NCBI GenBank assembly: GCA_016182045.1
Contig: JACOYE010000007.1
Location: 98,121 to 162,120, forward strand
Length of the DNA stretch: 64,000 bases
Direction: 5' to 3'
DNA from: Candidatus Microgenomates bacterium
GTDB lineage: Bacteria; Patescibacteriota; Microgenomatia; Daviesbacterales; UBA10151
The notes under the pieces were generated by a model. The model saw only the letters and a program-made list of their open reading frames with translations, was not told the DNA's origin and made no database searches. This document shows positions 1 to 8,361 of the stretch, piece by piece. The number at the start of each line of letters is the position of its first letter. Positions within the stretch are counted from its first letter, which is position 1. Both the position numbers and the translations under genes were made by a program.

Positions 1-540
1 TACTGAGGTGAAAAAAAGAATTGATGAGGAAGTTAAAATGTTCAGACCATGGAGTATTACAAGAGGAAGCAAGAACCCAACCATTGGAGCCCAACGTTTC
101 ATCCTATATAAAAGTATTGGAAGCCATATTAAATAAATCCAAAAATTTTCCCCTCCCACCCACCAGGAAGGAAATGAAGAAAAAAGTAACCCAATTAAAA
201 GTCCAGAGCCAGCGGGATTAAAGATGTGTCTGCCATCCAACCTGACGAAAGCTTTTATCACCATGGCTGTGACTGCCATGACCACCAAAATATAGCTCTT
301 TTCTCCAAATTGGCCAGTAAGACCAATTATCAAGCCGGAAATAATTGCACTAAGAGAAATTACCCATCTTTTAAGTTTTAAATATTTTAAGATAGCATCC
401 GTTGCTACTGCTGCCACCAAAGTTGGAGTAAGTTGCCAAAAAACCTTTTGCATGCCAAATTTAAAACTACCCAAAATATAAAGGGATAATAAAAAAATAA
501 TTACTAAATGATAAAGGCTGAACCTACTAATAAACTTCAT
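1..540 (-). CDS. integral membrane protein, partial (N-terminal part; runs off window start)
   Basis: ATG at 540 then 180 stop-free codons on minus strand down to position 1 (hand translation MKFISRFSLYHLVIIFLLSLYILG...RLDGRHIFNPAGSGLLIG...), several hydrophobic helices; not in ORF track, presumably because no stop occurs in window; overlaps end of 527..1012 by 14 nt. Confidence 0.4.
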   Translation of the reverse strand, partial: MKFISRFSLYHLVIIFLLSLYILGSFKFGMQKVFWQLTPTLVAAVATDAILKYLKLKRWVISLSAIISGLIIGLTGQFGEKSYILVVMAVTAMVIKAFVRLDGRHIFNPAGSGLLIGLLFSSFPSWWVGGENFWIYLIWLPILLYRMKRWAPMVGFLLPLVILHGLNILTSSSILFFTSV

Positions 541-1012
541 TGTTGTGATTCAAAATTTTTGAGGTAGAATGGTTACCTATCATCTTAGTGACATATTTTA
601 GTTTAGCCCCCACTAAATCAGCCGCTCTCCTATGATAATCGGTGTCGGGATAACCTGATGTTACCGCAATCACATCAGGTTTGATTTTTAAAATCAGCTC
701 ATCATATTGGCTCTTCTTTTCCATAAATGGCAGCATAACTACCAAATCTACGCTTGTTAGGTTACTCAAGACTTTGGCCCTCATCTTTTGATCGTGCACC
801 GGCCTCCTCTCACCTTTTAGCTTCTTTACTTTCTGATCGGATTCCAAAAGAACTATCAAATAATCTGCCGCCTTTTTGGCCTTATGCAAAAAAACCACAT
901 GACCGGGATGTAATACATCAAAACATCCCCCCACCAAACATAAGGATTTGCCTTGCTTTGTAATACGCTCTCTTACTGCTTTGATCTTAGTTATTGGTAT
1001 TATTGCACCCAT
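527..1012 (-). CDS. cytidylyltransferase-like nucleotidyltransferase (RfaE domain II / glycerol-3-phosphate cytidylyltransferase family)
   Basis: GGCFDVLHPGH (HxGH nucleotidyltransferase motif) near N-terminus; ~160 aa. Confidence 0.7.
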   Translation of the reverse strand: MGAIIPITKIKAVRERITKQGKSLCLVGGCFDVLHPGHVVFLHKAKKAADYLIVLLESDQKVKKLKGERRPVHDQKMRAKVLSNLTSVDLVVMLPFMEKKSQYDELILKIKPDVIAVTSGYPDTDYHRRAADLVGAKLKYVTKMIGNHSTSKILNHNNEVY

Positions 1013-1016
1013 TGCC

Positions 1017-1280
1017 TTAGTTGCTTGTCAATCCCAAAGCCTGATCTATCCTGGTCCTATCAAAACCTAAAATTGTTTCTTTTCTACCATCATCATAAGT
1101 TATCACAGTAAATGGTACTCCCATCTGGTTTGAGATTTTGACCATTTCTTCTGCAGCTTTTGCATCCTGATCCACATAGATTTCTGCAAATTTAATACCC
1201 TTTGAGCTTAAGTATTCTGACTCCATTTTGCAATATGGACAAGTTGTGGTTTTGTATATTGTAACTTTTACCCTCAACAC
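1017..1280 (-). CDS. glutaredoxin/NrdH-like thiol-disulfide oxidoreductase
   Basis: CPYC active-site motif at residues 14-17, 87 aa thioredoxin-fold size. Confidence 0.7.
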   Translation of the reverse strand: MLRVKVTIYKTTTCPYCKMESEYLSSKGIKFAEIYVDQDAKAAEEMVKISNQMGVPFTVITYDDGRKETILGFDRTRIDQALGLTSN

Positions 1281-1331
1281 CCCCCTTCAAAATATAATTT
1301 ATTATAATTATTATAACCATTATATTAAATT

Positions 1332-1850
1332 ATGGAAAAGGCAACGCTAGCAGGGGGTTGTTTTTGGTGCACTGAGGCTATCTTTAAAAGATTAAAGGGA
1401 GTTTTAGAGGTCATACCAGGGTATGCAGGCGGTAACATGGACAACCCATCATATGAAGATGTGTCAACAGGAAAAACCGGCCATGCCGAGACCATCCAAA
1501 TCACTTTTGACCCCCAAGTTATCCCCTATGAGAAATTACTGGATGTGTATTGGCATTTGATTGATCCCACCACTTTAAATAGACAGGGAGGGGATGTTGG
1601 CACTCAGTATAGATCTGTAATTTTTTACCATAACGAGGAACAAAAACGTACCGCTGAGCAATCTAAGAAAAAAGTTGAGCAATCAGGAATGTATAAAGAT
1701 CCTATTGTCACCAAAATTGAACCATTTACCAACTTTTATTTAGCAGAAAACTATCATCAAAATTATTATGAGAGAAACTCCTCTGTTCCCTATTGCAGGC
1801 TTGTCATTGATCCCAAAATTCGAAAGCTATTGAAATATTTGGGGGATTAA
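1332..1850 (+). CDS. msrA: peptide methionine sulfoxide reductase MsrA
   Basis: GCFWC active-site motif, full-length MsrA-like 172 aa. Confidence 0.9.
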   Translation: MEKATLAGGCFWCTEAIFKRLKGVLEVIPGYAGGNMDNPSYEDVSTGKTGHAETIQITFDPQVIPYEKLLDVYWHLIDPTTLNRQGGDVGTQYRSVIFYHNEEQKRTAEQSKKKVEQSGMYKDPIVTKIEPFTNFYLAENYHQNYYERNSSVPYCRLVIDPKIRKLLKYLGD

Positions 1851-1868
1851 TATTTTTGAGAAAACTGA

Positions 1869-2096
1869 TTAGCTTACAGCCAGTAATTTTTCCCTGGCTA
1901 ATTTTGCTTCAGCTTTATTTTTTAACATCAGAGCGTTTTTGACAATTCGATCTGCAATCATCCTATCAAGAATTTTTTGACATCCAGAATCAGGGCAAAT
2001 GGTTTTGGTGCGAGTAACAATAGAAATGCCACTTTTTTCCTGCCAGCTTTTACCATCAATTCTTTGCTTTCCACATCTAATGCAAGGGTTGTCCAT
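1869..2096 (-). CDS. small zinc-ribbon protein (CxxC...C..C), hypothetical
   Basis: CIRCGK ... CPDSGC cysteine pairs; 75 aa. Confidence 0.3.
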   Translation of the reverse strand: MDNPCIRCGKQRIDGKSWQEKSGISIVTRTKTICPDSGCQKILDRMIADRIVKNALMLKNKAEAKLAREKLLAVS

Positions 2097-2214
2097 AAGT
2101 TTTTCAGTAGATAAAGATTAAGTGATTAGTTTAACACAATCGGATAATTAAAACAATGACGGAAATATTGTATCCTAGTGTATATCGTGTAATTATGTTG
2201 GGAAGCTTGGACTG

Positions 2215-2574
2215 GTGGGGTTTTTATTATCCTTTGCTGGAATGTCAGGGCTTATGTTTATTGTATATTTTGCAGCCATGATCGAGCCAGTATTGGCAAA
2301 AGAAGCACCCAACCTACTTGATATGAATGGCCCGTTATTGCAAGGATTATTAGGGATGTTCTTTTTAGTGACCATTCTCAGTTTTGTGCTTGGTTTTCTG
2401 CTTTTCGGAATTGCAGTTTGGCAAACTAATAAGACAAAATGGCTAGGAGTTTTACTCATCATAGGATCTTTGCCATTTTTATATTATTTTGAATTGGAAG
2501 AAATTTTGCGAAATGACACTAAAAAATATGCGAGGAGAATCGCTAGTGTGCCAGCCCAACCAATAATTTCATAG
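2215..2574 (+). CDS. hypothetical integral membrane protein
   Basis: 119 aa, 3-4 hydrophobic helices; preferred over overlapping antisense ORF 2193..2462. Confidence 0.4.
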   Translation: MGFLLSFAGMSGLMFIVYFAAMIEPVLAKEAPNLLDMNGPLLQGLLGMFFLVTILSFVLGFLLFGIAVWQTNKTKWLGVLLIIGSLPFLYYFELEEILRNDTKKYARRIASVPAQPIIS

Positions 2575-2598
2575 AACATATTATTAATATACAAATTC

Positions 2599-3471
2599 CT
2601 AATTATTACCTATTTTCCAAATCCCCTTTTCTCTAAAAGCAGGTATTGTCTGTCTTTTTGCAGCATTTAAAATAACCGGCACCGGCTTATTAATTTTCGT
2701 AGCATATTCACTAGCTTCAATGATTTTGCTTCCCTTAAGATAAGCAATTCTTTTATGTAAAGCTTCCATCAGGGCAAGCGAAACTATTCTTTCCATTATT
2801 TTTGTTATTCTTTTATCACGATATTCACCAAAAGAACGGTAATAGATTTGTTTTTCTTTATCACGAATAATTATCCCGGGGAAACCTAATTTGTATAATT
2901 GATAATTTATCAATACCCTACCTATCCTACCGTTACCGTCATTAAAAGGATGAATTGTCTCAAATTGCAGATGGAATTTAGAGATATTGTCCACAAAATA
3001 ACTTATATGATCGCTTGAATATTCAATTAAAGCCTTTTCTAGCAAACGTTCTACATGTTCCGGAGCAGTAGCAATAAAAGTTCCAATTCGCACATATTCT
3101 CCTTTTTTACGTAATCTGCCGGCAATGCCATCATCAATATTGCCAATCAACATTTGATGCAAAAGCAAGATAATATCTTTGGATAGCTCCTGTGAAGATT
3201 TATTGTGGATATATTCCATAACCCTAGCCAAATTCTTAGCCTCATATACCTCATGCAGGCTGACATTTTTCGATACCTCCATCTCTAAAAGTATCTTTTC
3301 TGTTTCTTTAAGAGTGAGGGTAGAATTTTCTATCGCATTTGAGTTATAGACACTTTCAGGGATTTCAGCTTCATCAATAATTTTAAGTAATGAACCTTTG
3401 CTAATCTTTAACCGATCATACTCTTTTTTAAGAATTTCAATTCTTTTTTGAAAGGAAGTAGAAGTTGACAT
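2599..3471 (-). CDS. Fic/Doc family protein (AMPylation-type Fido domain)
   Basis: canonical HPFNDGNGRIGR Fic motif. Confidence 0.8.
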   Translation of the reverse strand: MSTSTSFQKRIEILKKEYDRLKISKGSLLKIIDEAEIPESVYNSNAIENSTLTLKETEKILLEMEVSKNVSLHEVYEAKNLARVMEYIHNKSSQELSKDIILLLHQMLIGNIDDGIAGRLRKKGEYVRIGTFIATAPEHVERLLEKALIEYSSDHISYFVDNISKFHLQFETIHPFNDGNGRIGRVLINYQLYKLGFPGIIIRDKEKQIYYRSFGEYRDKRITKIMERIVSLALMEALHKRIAYLKGSKIIEASEYATKINKPVPVILNAAKRQTIPAFREKGIWKIGNN

Positions 3472-3488
3472 AACTTAAATATTATACC

Positions 3489-3556
3489 AAATTCACGTTA
3501 TTTTGTCAATTTAGCGTGAATTTAGAGTATTTTGCGGTATAAATTCACGTTATTTG
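3489..3556. promoter_or_regulatory. operator-like 16-bp motif AAATTCACGTTATTTK (two direct copies 52 bp apart plus an inverted half-site at 3513-3526) in the Fic-1 upstream region
   Basis: seen directly: 3489-3505, 3541-3556 direct; AGCGTGAATTT inverted at ~3513. Confidence 0.4.
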
Positions 3557-3618
3557 TGCTCCCTAATCCTAGTTTTAATCGATCTGATAATTTGAATTCA
3601 ATTCAAAGGACTTTTCAG

Positions 3619-3652
3619 AATCCTGTATGTTTACACTGAGTTTATCGAAGTG
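3619..3652. repeat. R-family intergenic repeat, copy R6 (AATCCTG..GTTTACACTGAG..CGAAGTG) immediately 3' of the HTH-Fic gene
   Basis: matches R1 (38690-38780) core GTTTACACTGAAGCG..GCGAAGTGCTTG. Confidence 0.5.
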
Positions 3653-3677
3653 TTCGTTTTTTTACAACAGATTAAAA

Positions 3678-4733
3678 TTATCTAAAATAAGTCTCGTTGG
3701 CAAACTTAATCTGTTCTATAAACAACTTTTTGATTTCATAAATACTTTCCTGCTCGTAAAACAAAATTAAAGCCTTTTTAAATTCATCTTCATCAACACT
3801 GCGATATGAAAGTGGATATAAATCGTAAGCAAGTAGAATCGCATTTGTCAGCATTCTGGCAGTTCTTTTGTTACCATCTGCATACGGCTGAATATAAGGC
3901 ATCATAAAATGAACAATCAGCGCTTTTTCAAAAGGGCTTTTGACCTTGTTTACAACATTAATTGTTTTTTCAAAAACCTCTTTTGTCTGATGTTCATTAT
4001 CAAGAGGATGATAAGTTGTTCCGGTAATTCCCACTGCTTGTTTTCTGATACCAGAGGAAATCCCCAACCCTTTAGTTAAAATATTGTGCAGCTGATTAAT
4101 TCCTGAAACAGAAATAGTTTTAAAATCATTTTTTGCTTTTAGTATTTCTTCAAAAGCTGCTTTGTGATTAAGAATCATCATTGCCTCATCTTTACTCTTA
4201 CCAGCTGCTTCTTTTTGTTCCTTAATTAAAGACTCTGTTTCTAAAAGCGTGTAAGTATTGCCCTCAATTTTGGATGATTTCCAAGACAATTCAATGACAA
4301 ACCTTTCTAATTCCCTTTTCAAAAGGTCAGGACTTAGTTTCATCGTCTGTTCTCTAAAACTTAGTGCCACTTTCTCTAAGGTGTTTATTTCTTCCGGCGT
4401 CAATAAATCATGCAAGTTTTTAAATATCTCAAAATCAAATGATTTTCTGGCACCAATTCTATTGTCTGGATCATCGGCGAAATATCTTTCAAGGTTAAAC
4501 TCGCGAAGAAGCGGGTTTTGAACTTTGGAAAAATATATTGTAGCTCTAGCCTTTCCTGTTACACTAACCAGTTTTTTAATCAATAAAACATGAATATCTC
4601 TTATAACGGTTGGCTTTGAAACGGGATATAATTTAGAAACTTTTTCTTGAATTTCCTCCCTAAGAAGTCCTTCTGATTGGTTAATTACATTAAGAATGTA
4701 TTTTTGTCTTGTAGTTAATATCGTATCATTCAT
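3678..4733 (-). CDS. Fic family protein with N-terminal winged-helix/HTH-like region
   Basis: variant Fic motif HFMMPYIQPYADGNKRTAR; N-terminal region resembles DNA-binding wHTH (KPTVIRDIHVLL). Confidence 0.65.
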   Translation of the reverse strand: MNDTILTTRQKYILNVINQSEGLLREEIQEKVSKLYPVSKPTVIRDIHVLLIKKLVSVTGKARATIYFSKVQNPLLREFNLERYFADDPDNRIGARKSFDFEIFKNLHDLLTPEEINTLEKVALSFREQTMKLSPDLLKRELERFVIELSWKSSKIEGNTYTLLETESLIKEQKEAAGKSKDEAMMILNHKAAFEEILKAKNDFKTISVSGINQLHNILTKGLGISSGIRKQAVGITGTTYHPLDNEHQTKEVFEKTINVVNKVKSPFEKALIVHFMMPYIQPYADGNKRTARMLTNAILLAYDLYPLSYRSVDEDEFKKALILFYEQESIYEIKKLFIEQIKFANETYFR

Positions 4734-4813
4734 ATATATTATCGTATCATATTGAGACGATATGTCAAGTATTAAATCTGTCCAAAATATTAGTTTGAGT
4801 AAGCAATATCTGG

Positions 4814-4842
4814 CTCCGTATTCCTAGGATTAATCGAACTGG
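4814..4842. repeat. 25-28-bp near-palindromic repeat CCGTATTCCTAGGATTAATCGAACTG, copy 1
   Basis: three copies at 4814-4842, 5668-5695, 6294-6318, each in an upstream region of a minus-strand transcription unit. Confidence 0.6.
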
Positions 4843-4957
4843 ACGATTTGATTGTAATATAAAGACTTTCTTCTAACAAGAACAGCAGCTTAGAGTTTCC
4901 TAATAATTATTAAACTGCTAATTTAGCAGTTAAACAAAATAAGCAGTTTCAAGGGGA

Positions 4958-5620
4958 TTATTTATTCTTCCCAGGTTTAGGAGTGGGGGTAGGTTGGGCA
5001 AACCAATCTATTAAGCCGTTATAAAGAGACTGAGCAATTTCCTGTTGTCTCGTCCCTGTACTATTGCTTAAAAGGGTACATTCGGTCGTGTTTGAAATAA
5101 AAACTGTTTCTTGGATAGTTGCAGGCATATTTACTTTAAGTAATACTCCTGATGCAAAATTTGTTACTCCTAAATCAGATACTCCTAATTCAGTTGCCAA
5201 ACGAGCATGAATTCTTTCTGCAAATGCCTTATCCTTATTAAGTTTTCCATACAATCCTAAAGTTCCGTTCTTGGAATGATCTATGGAACCGTTAAGATGG
5301 ACTGAAACTAGAGCTTCACCACCAAAGTTGTTGGCAAAAGTATAACGGTCATTATTTGATTTGTAACTATCATCTGTTCTAGTCATACCCACAATTGCTC
5401 TATCAGTTTCTAAAAGAGTTTTTAATTTATTAGCAATCTGTAAGTTAGCATCTGCTTCGGTTAAAGTAGGACAAGCAGTTGAACCTAAATCTGTTCCACC
5501 ATGTCCGGGATCAATAACGATTTTATGGCCTGTAACCGGAGAAACAGCAAGTGTAGTTTGAGGAAGGAAAGCAAATAAAGCAAAAAGAAATAATACGAAA
5601 ATGCTTGTTCTTTTAAGCAT
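4958..5620 (-). CDS. N-acetylmuramoyl-L-alanine amidase (Amidase_3 family), secreted
   Basis: signal peptide then IVIDPGHGGTDLG motif typical of Amidase_3. Confidence 0.75.
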   Translation of the reverse strand: MLKRTSIFVLFLFALFAFLPQTTLAVSPVTGHKIVIDPGHGGTDLGSTACPTLTEADANLQIANKLKTLLETDRAIVGMTRTDDSYKSNNDRYTFANNFGGEALVSVHLNGSIDHSKNGTLGLYGKLNKDKAFAERIHARLATELGVSDLGVTNFASGVLLKVNMPATIQETVFISNTTECTLLSNSTGTRQQEIAQSLYNGLIDWFAQPTPTPKPGKNK

Positions 5621-5667
5621 AATTCTAGTCTATCACAAATTCTTTTGGTTAGATTAATAAATTCGAG

Positions 5668-5695
5668 CTCCGTATTCCTAGGATTAATTGAACTG
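5668..5695. repeat. CCTAGG-centred repeat, copy 2
   Basis: CTCCGTATTCCTAGGATTAATTGAACTG. Confidence 0.6.
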
Positions 5696-5706
5696 CCGTA
5701 GAAAAA

Positions 5707-5967
5707 TTATTCACTTGCAGATTGGTGAAGAATAGAGGAAGCAAGTGTTTGATAAGGAATTCCCTGTTTGACAGCTTTAGCTTTTAGCTTATACAGATCC
5801 CGTTCAGATAGTCTGATATTAATATTCTTGGTTTTATTCAGAGTATTCCTAGCAATCTGCATTAATTCCTTTTTGCGCTTAGTAAAATTTTTAACCGATT
5901 TCCATTCACCTCTTTCAATCTCTGCTAAAAGTTGTTTCTCCTCATCATCTAATTCATAATATTTCAT
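5707..5967 (-). CDS. brnA: BrnA-like antitoxin (type II TA)
   Basis: small protein adjacent to BrnT-like gene; YELDDEEKQLLAEIERGEW N-terminus typical of BrnA/COG3514 family. Confidence 0.65.
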   Translation of the reverse strand: MKYYELDDEEKQLLAEIERGEWKSVKNFTKRKKELMQIARNTLNKTKNINIRLSERDLYKLKAKAVKQGIPYQTLASSILHQSASE

Positions 5968-5969
5968 AA

Positions 5970-6254
5970 TTACTTCTTCTCACCTCCATATAAATATTTT
6001 TTAGTTGCTTTCCGAGAAGGAAAGATAGTTTTTAAAAAAATCTTTTCTTCGTCTTCTACATAAGGAACATAGTAAGCATAATCATCTATCTCAACTACAA
6101 GAATTCTTTGATTAGGATAACGCTTTTTATTTGGATGTTCAAAATCATCTAATACTCTTCCCTCTTCAATAGCTGTTTGAACATCTTCGAATGAAATCTC
6201 CCTTAGTGCTTTTAAAAGAGCACTCTTCTCTTGATCCCAATCAAAGTATTTCAC
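5970..6254 (-). CDS. brnT: BrnT-like toxin (DUF497 ribonuclease toxin)
   Basis: MKYFDWDQEKSALLKALREISFEDV... resembles BrnT N-terminus; 3-nt gap to BrnA gene. Confidence 0.7.
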   Translation of the reverse strand: MKYFDWDQEKSALLKALREISFEDVQTAIEEGRVLDDFEHPNKKRYPNQRILVVEIDDYAYYVPYVEDEEKIFLKTIFPSRKATKKYLYGGEKK

Positions 6255-6293
6255 TTTAGTATTTTATGACAAATCATATCATTTGTCAATATG

Positions 6294-6318
6294 CCGTATT
6301 CCTAGTATTAATCGAACT
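6294..6318. repeat. CCTAGG-centred repeat, copy 3 (CCTAGTATTAATCGAACT variant)
   Basis: CCGTATTCCTAGTATTAATCGAACT. Confidence 0.55.
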
Positions 6319-6365
6319 AAAAATTTAGTCACATTACACACCTCCAGGGGGTGTTAGGAAATGTA

Positions 6366-6728
6366 TTACTTAACTAAATTTAAAATTTCAGCTTTTAATT
6401 TTTCAGGAGCCTCTAACCCCTTAAATGGTATTCCATGAATATCATTCCCTGCAAATATATAGATATCTCCGTAGCCAAATATTTTACCCAAAACTCCCCG
6501 TCTGACAGTTACCGTATTAATTTTCTGGAAAGGTATTTCAATATCTGTAGATGTCAGGATACCTTTTTTCATAAGCACACCTTTAGGAGTGATGGTAATA
6601 AAATTTCTGAGGTATTCTATTATGTGTATAGGGAAAAGAAAAAAGCCGATTACTATACTCATGAGGAGAAAGTCTATAAATAGCGAGACAGCTAATTTAA
6701 CAGCTGATTGCCGATATATTTTTTCCAT
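6366..6728 (-). CDS. membrane protein with bacterial PH (bPH_2/DUF304-like) domain
   Basis: N-terminal TM helices followed by ITITPKGVLMKKG...TVTVRRGVLGKIFGYGDIYI pattern typical of bPH_2. Confidence 0.45.
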   Translation of the reverse strand: MEKIYRQSAVKLAVSLFIDFLLMSIVIGFFLFPIHIIEYLRNFITITPKGVLMKKGILTSTDIEIPFQKINTVTVRRGVLGKIFGYGDIYIFAGNDIHGIPFKGLEAPEKLKAEILNLVK

Positions 6729-6766
6729 ATTTGAATCTTACTATACTATATTACTTAAATTGAAAT

Positions 6767-6958
6767 TCAAGAATCCAATACAATTTCCGCTTTCTGTTTC
6801 AACCTACTTAAAGCAGAATTAAAACTCGATCCTTGGGCTTCAAGGGAAAGACTATCAAAAGTACCATATGCCTTATAACGAGTACCCTTAGCTCTACCAG
6901 CCTGTTCAACAACATAGCATTCGTAATCTTTAAAGAAAACAGCTATCTTTGTTTTCAT
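6767..6958 (-). CDS. hypothetical small protein
   Basis: 63-aa ORF between HNH gene and bPH gene; no recognisable motif. Confidence 0.25.
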   Translation of the reverse strand: MKTKIAVFFKDYECYVVEQAGRAKGTRYKAYGTFDSLSLEAQGSSFNSALSRLKQKAEIVLDS

Positions 6959-6961
6959 TTG

Positions 6962-7975
6962 TTAACTTTTAATCATTGCATCAAAAACAAAAGGACTATT
7001 CTTTGAAAGAGCTAATGATTGAAAATATTCAAGAGTATTAATCATAGCATCGTTTACTTCATAAATAAATTTTTTGGATGCGATTTTTTCATTACCAACC
7101 AAAACAAAAAGTTCTCCTACTAACTCACCTTTCTCAATTAATGAGAGTTCAAAATTCTCAAATTCAATTGTCAAACGTGTAGAGTCTGCAGTGTTTAAAA
7201 TTATCGGGAATCTTGTAGTATAATCCGGTTCCCTAGAACTGTTTGGATTGATTTTAAAGAATTTTTTAAAATGAACTATCCCATTATTTAATCTTACGTA
7301 GGAACCTTTAATAACTGCAGGCTGTCCATGATTATTAGTAACTGCAAACTCTAGTTGTATTCTTGTTCCAGGTAATTCTGGGCTTTTAACTATACCCATG
7401 AATGGGCTAAGAGTTATAGAAACCTTGTCATCAAATGGAACATTCCCTGATTTTTCTGCTTCAATTTCTTCTCCTCCGGTGACGATTGTATCTGGAATCT
7501 GCGGACTGGGTGTAGCCATATAAATATTGTTTATTATATAACTGTCTCCTTCTTTAATTTCTACTTTGTTATTCCCTAAATTGGTAGAACCTAATGAGGG
7601 ATTGAGTGGTTCTAGATTTAATATAGATCCCTCATGGTCTTTTTTCATTTTCTTCAAAGTTTCCAAGGTGTATTTTATTGGATCATCATCTATTTCTTTA
7701 TGACAACTTTTACATAACCAAATTCCATTTTTAATATCACTTCTTTCCTCAGAAGTCATTTTGGAATTATATCTAGCAGAGGTAGGTTGAGCTCCTTCAA
7801 TATGAGCAGCATCACCTACAATGGTTGCCTTTGTTGGAATGGCATTTCCACCGCTCGTATGTCTTTTGCATTTAGAACAAACCTGACCCGCTCTCTTAGC
7901 TAAAATATCTTTTGTTGTTGTAGAAAAATCATTTGGATCAGATTTAACCATAGTTTTAGGTATATTAAGTGCCAC
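6962..7975 (-). CDS. HNH endonuclease domain protein with unknown C-terminal beta-rich domain
   Basis: CSKCKRH...HIEGAQP...NGIWLCKSCHKEID = HNH (CxxC..H..N..CxxCH) signature in first 110 aa. Confidence 0.55.
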   Translation of the reverse strand: MALNIPKTMVKSDPNDFSTTTKDILAKRAGQVCSKCKRHTSGGNAIPTKATIVGDAAHIEGAQPTSARYNSKMTSEERSDIKNGIWLCKSCHKEIDDDPIKYTLETLKKMKKDHEGSILNLEPLNPSLGSTNLGNNKVEIKEGDSYIINNIYMATPSPQIPDTIVTGGEEIEAEKSGNVPFDDKVSITLSPFMGIVKSPELPGTRIQLEFAVTNNHGQPAVIKGSYVRLNNGIVHFKKFFKINPNSSREPDYTTRFPIILNTADSTRLTIEFENFELSLIEKGELVGELFVLVGNEKIASKKFIYEVNDAMINTLEYFQSLALSKNSPFVFDAMIKS

Positions 7976-7976
7976 T

Positions 7977-8051
7977 TGGCTCCCCCGCGTGGATTCGAAC
8001 CACGAACCTCGATCTTAACAGGATCTCGCTCTACCATTGAGCTACAGGGGA
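7977..8051 (-). tRNA. tRNA-Asn (anticodon GTT)
   Basis: hand-folded cloverleaf: acceptor TCCCCTG/CGGGGGA, D arm GCTC-AATGGTA-GAGC, anticodon loop CTGTTAA, T arm CGTGG-TTCGAAT-CCACG, CCA encoded. Confidence 0.85.
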
Positions 8052-8297
8052 ATATATTAAGTTTTTAATGAACTCACGACCTCGATAACTTTTTAACTGT
8101 TTTTCTCTTCTTAGAGCCTCCACCCGACTGCCTAGCTCTTCTTTATGTACCAATACCCATTCTCCATCAAACCTAGCAGTATAACTATTCTTAAACTGCT
8201 TATCATTATGTAATTTAATTCTCTGATCTAAATTATCTGTTTGACCTATGTATATTTTATTGTGCTTCTTATTATAAACACCATAAACGTAAAACAT
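8031..8297 (-). CDS. GIY-YIG nuclease family small protein (3' end reads into tRNA-Asn)
   Basis: YVYGVY..IYIGQT (GIY-YIG motif) ... R..E; ORF stop TAG lies inside the tRNA D-arm (last codons SPVAQW* encoded by tRNA 5' end); likely start at MFYVYG (8297) rather than 8330. Confidence 0.6.
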   Translation of the reverse strand: MFYVYGVYNKKHNKIYIGQTDNLDQRIKLHNDKQFKNSYTARFDGEWVLVHKEELGSRVEALRREKQLKSYRGREFIKNLIYSPVAQW

Positions 8298-8310
8298 ATT
8301 TGTTCCCGCT

Positions 8311-8361
8311 CTACCTCCGCCATCCGCCAACCGGCGGAGGCGGAGAGCTACAGGGGAATAT
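8311..8361. repeat. GC-rich hairpin (CTCCGCCATCCGCC-AACC-GGCGGAGGCGGAG) followed by a 17-bp duplicate of the tRNA-Asn 5' end (GAGCTACAGGGGAATAT)
   Basis: 8345-8361 repeats 8038-8054 exactly; hairpin at 8311-8343. Confidence 0.6.

Noticed and set aside
21-221. 66-aa + strand ORF at window start
   Set aside because: Overlaps a longer stop-free minus-strand membrane-protein frame that fits the local operon orientation.
2193-2462. 89-aa minus-strand ORF
   Set aside because: Overlaps the more plausible + strand 119-aa membrane protein; no motifs.
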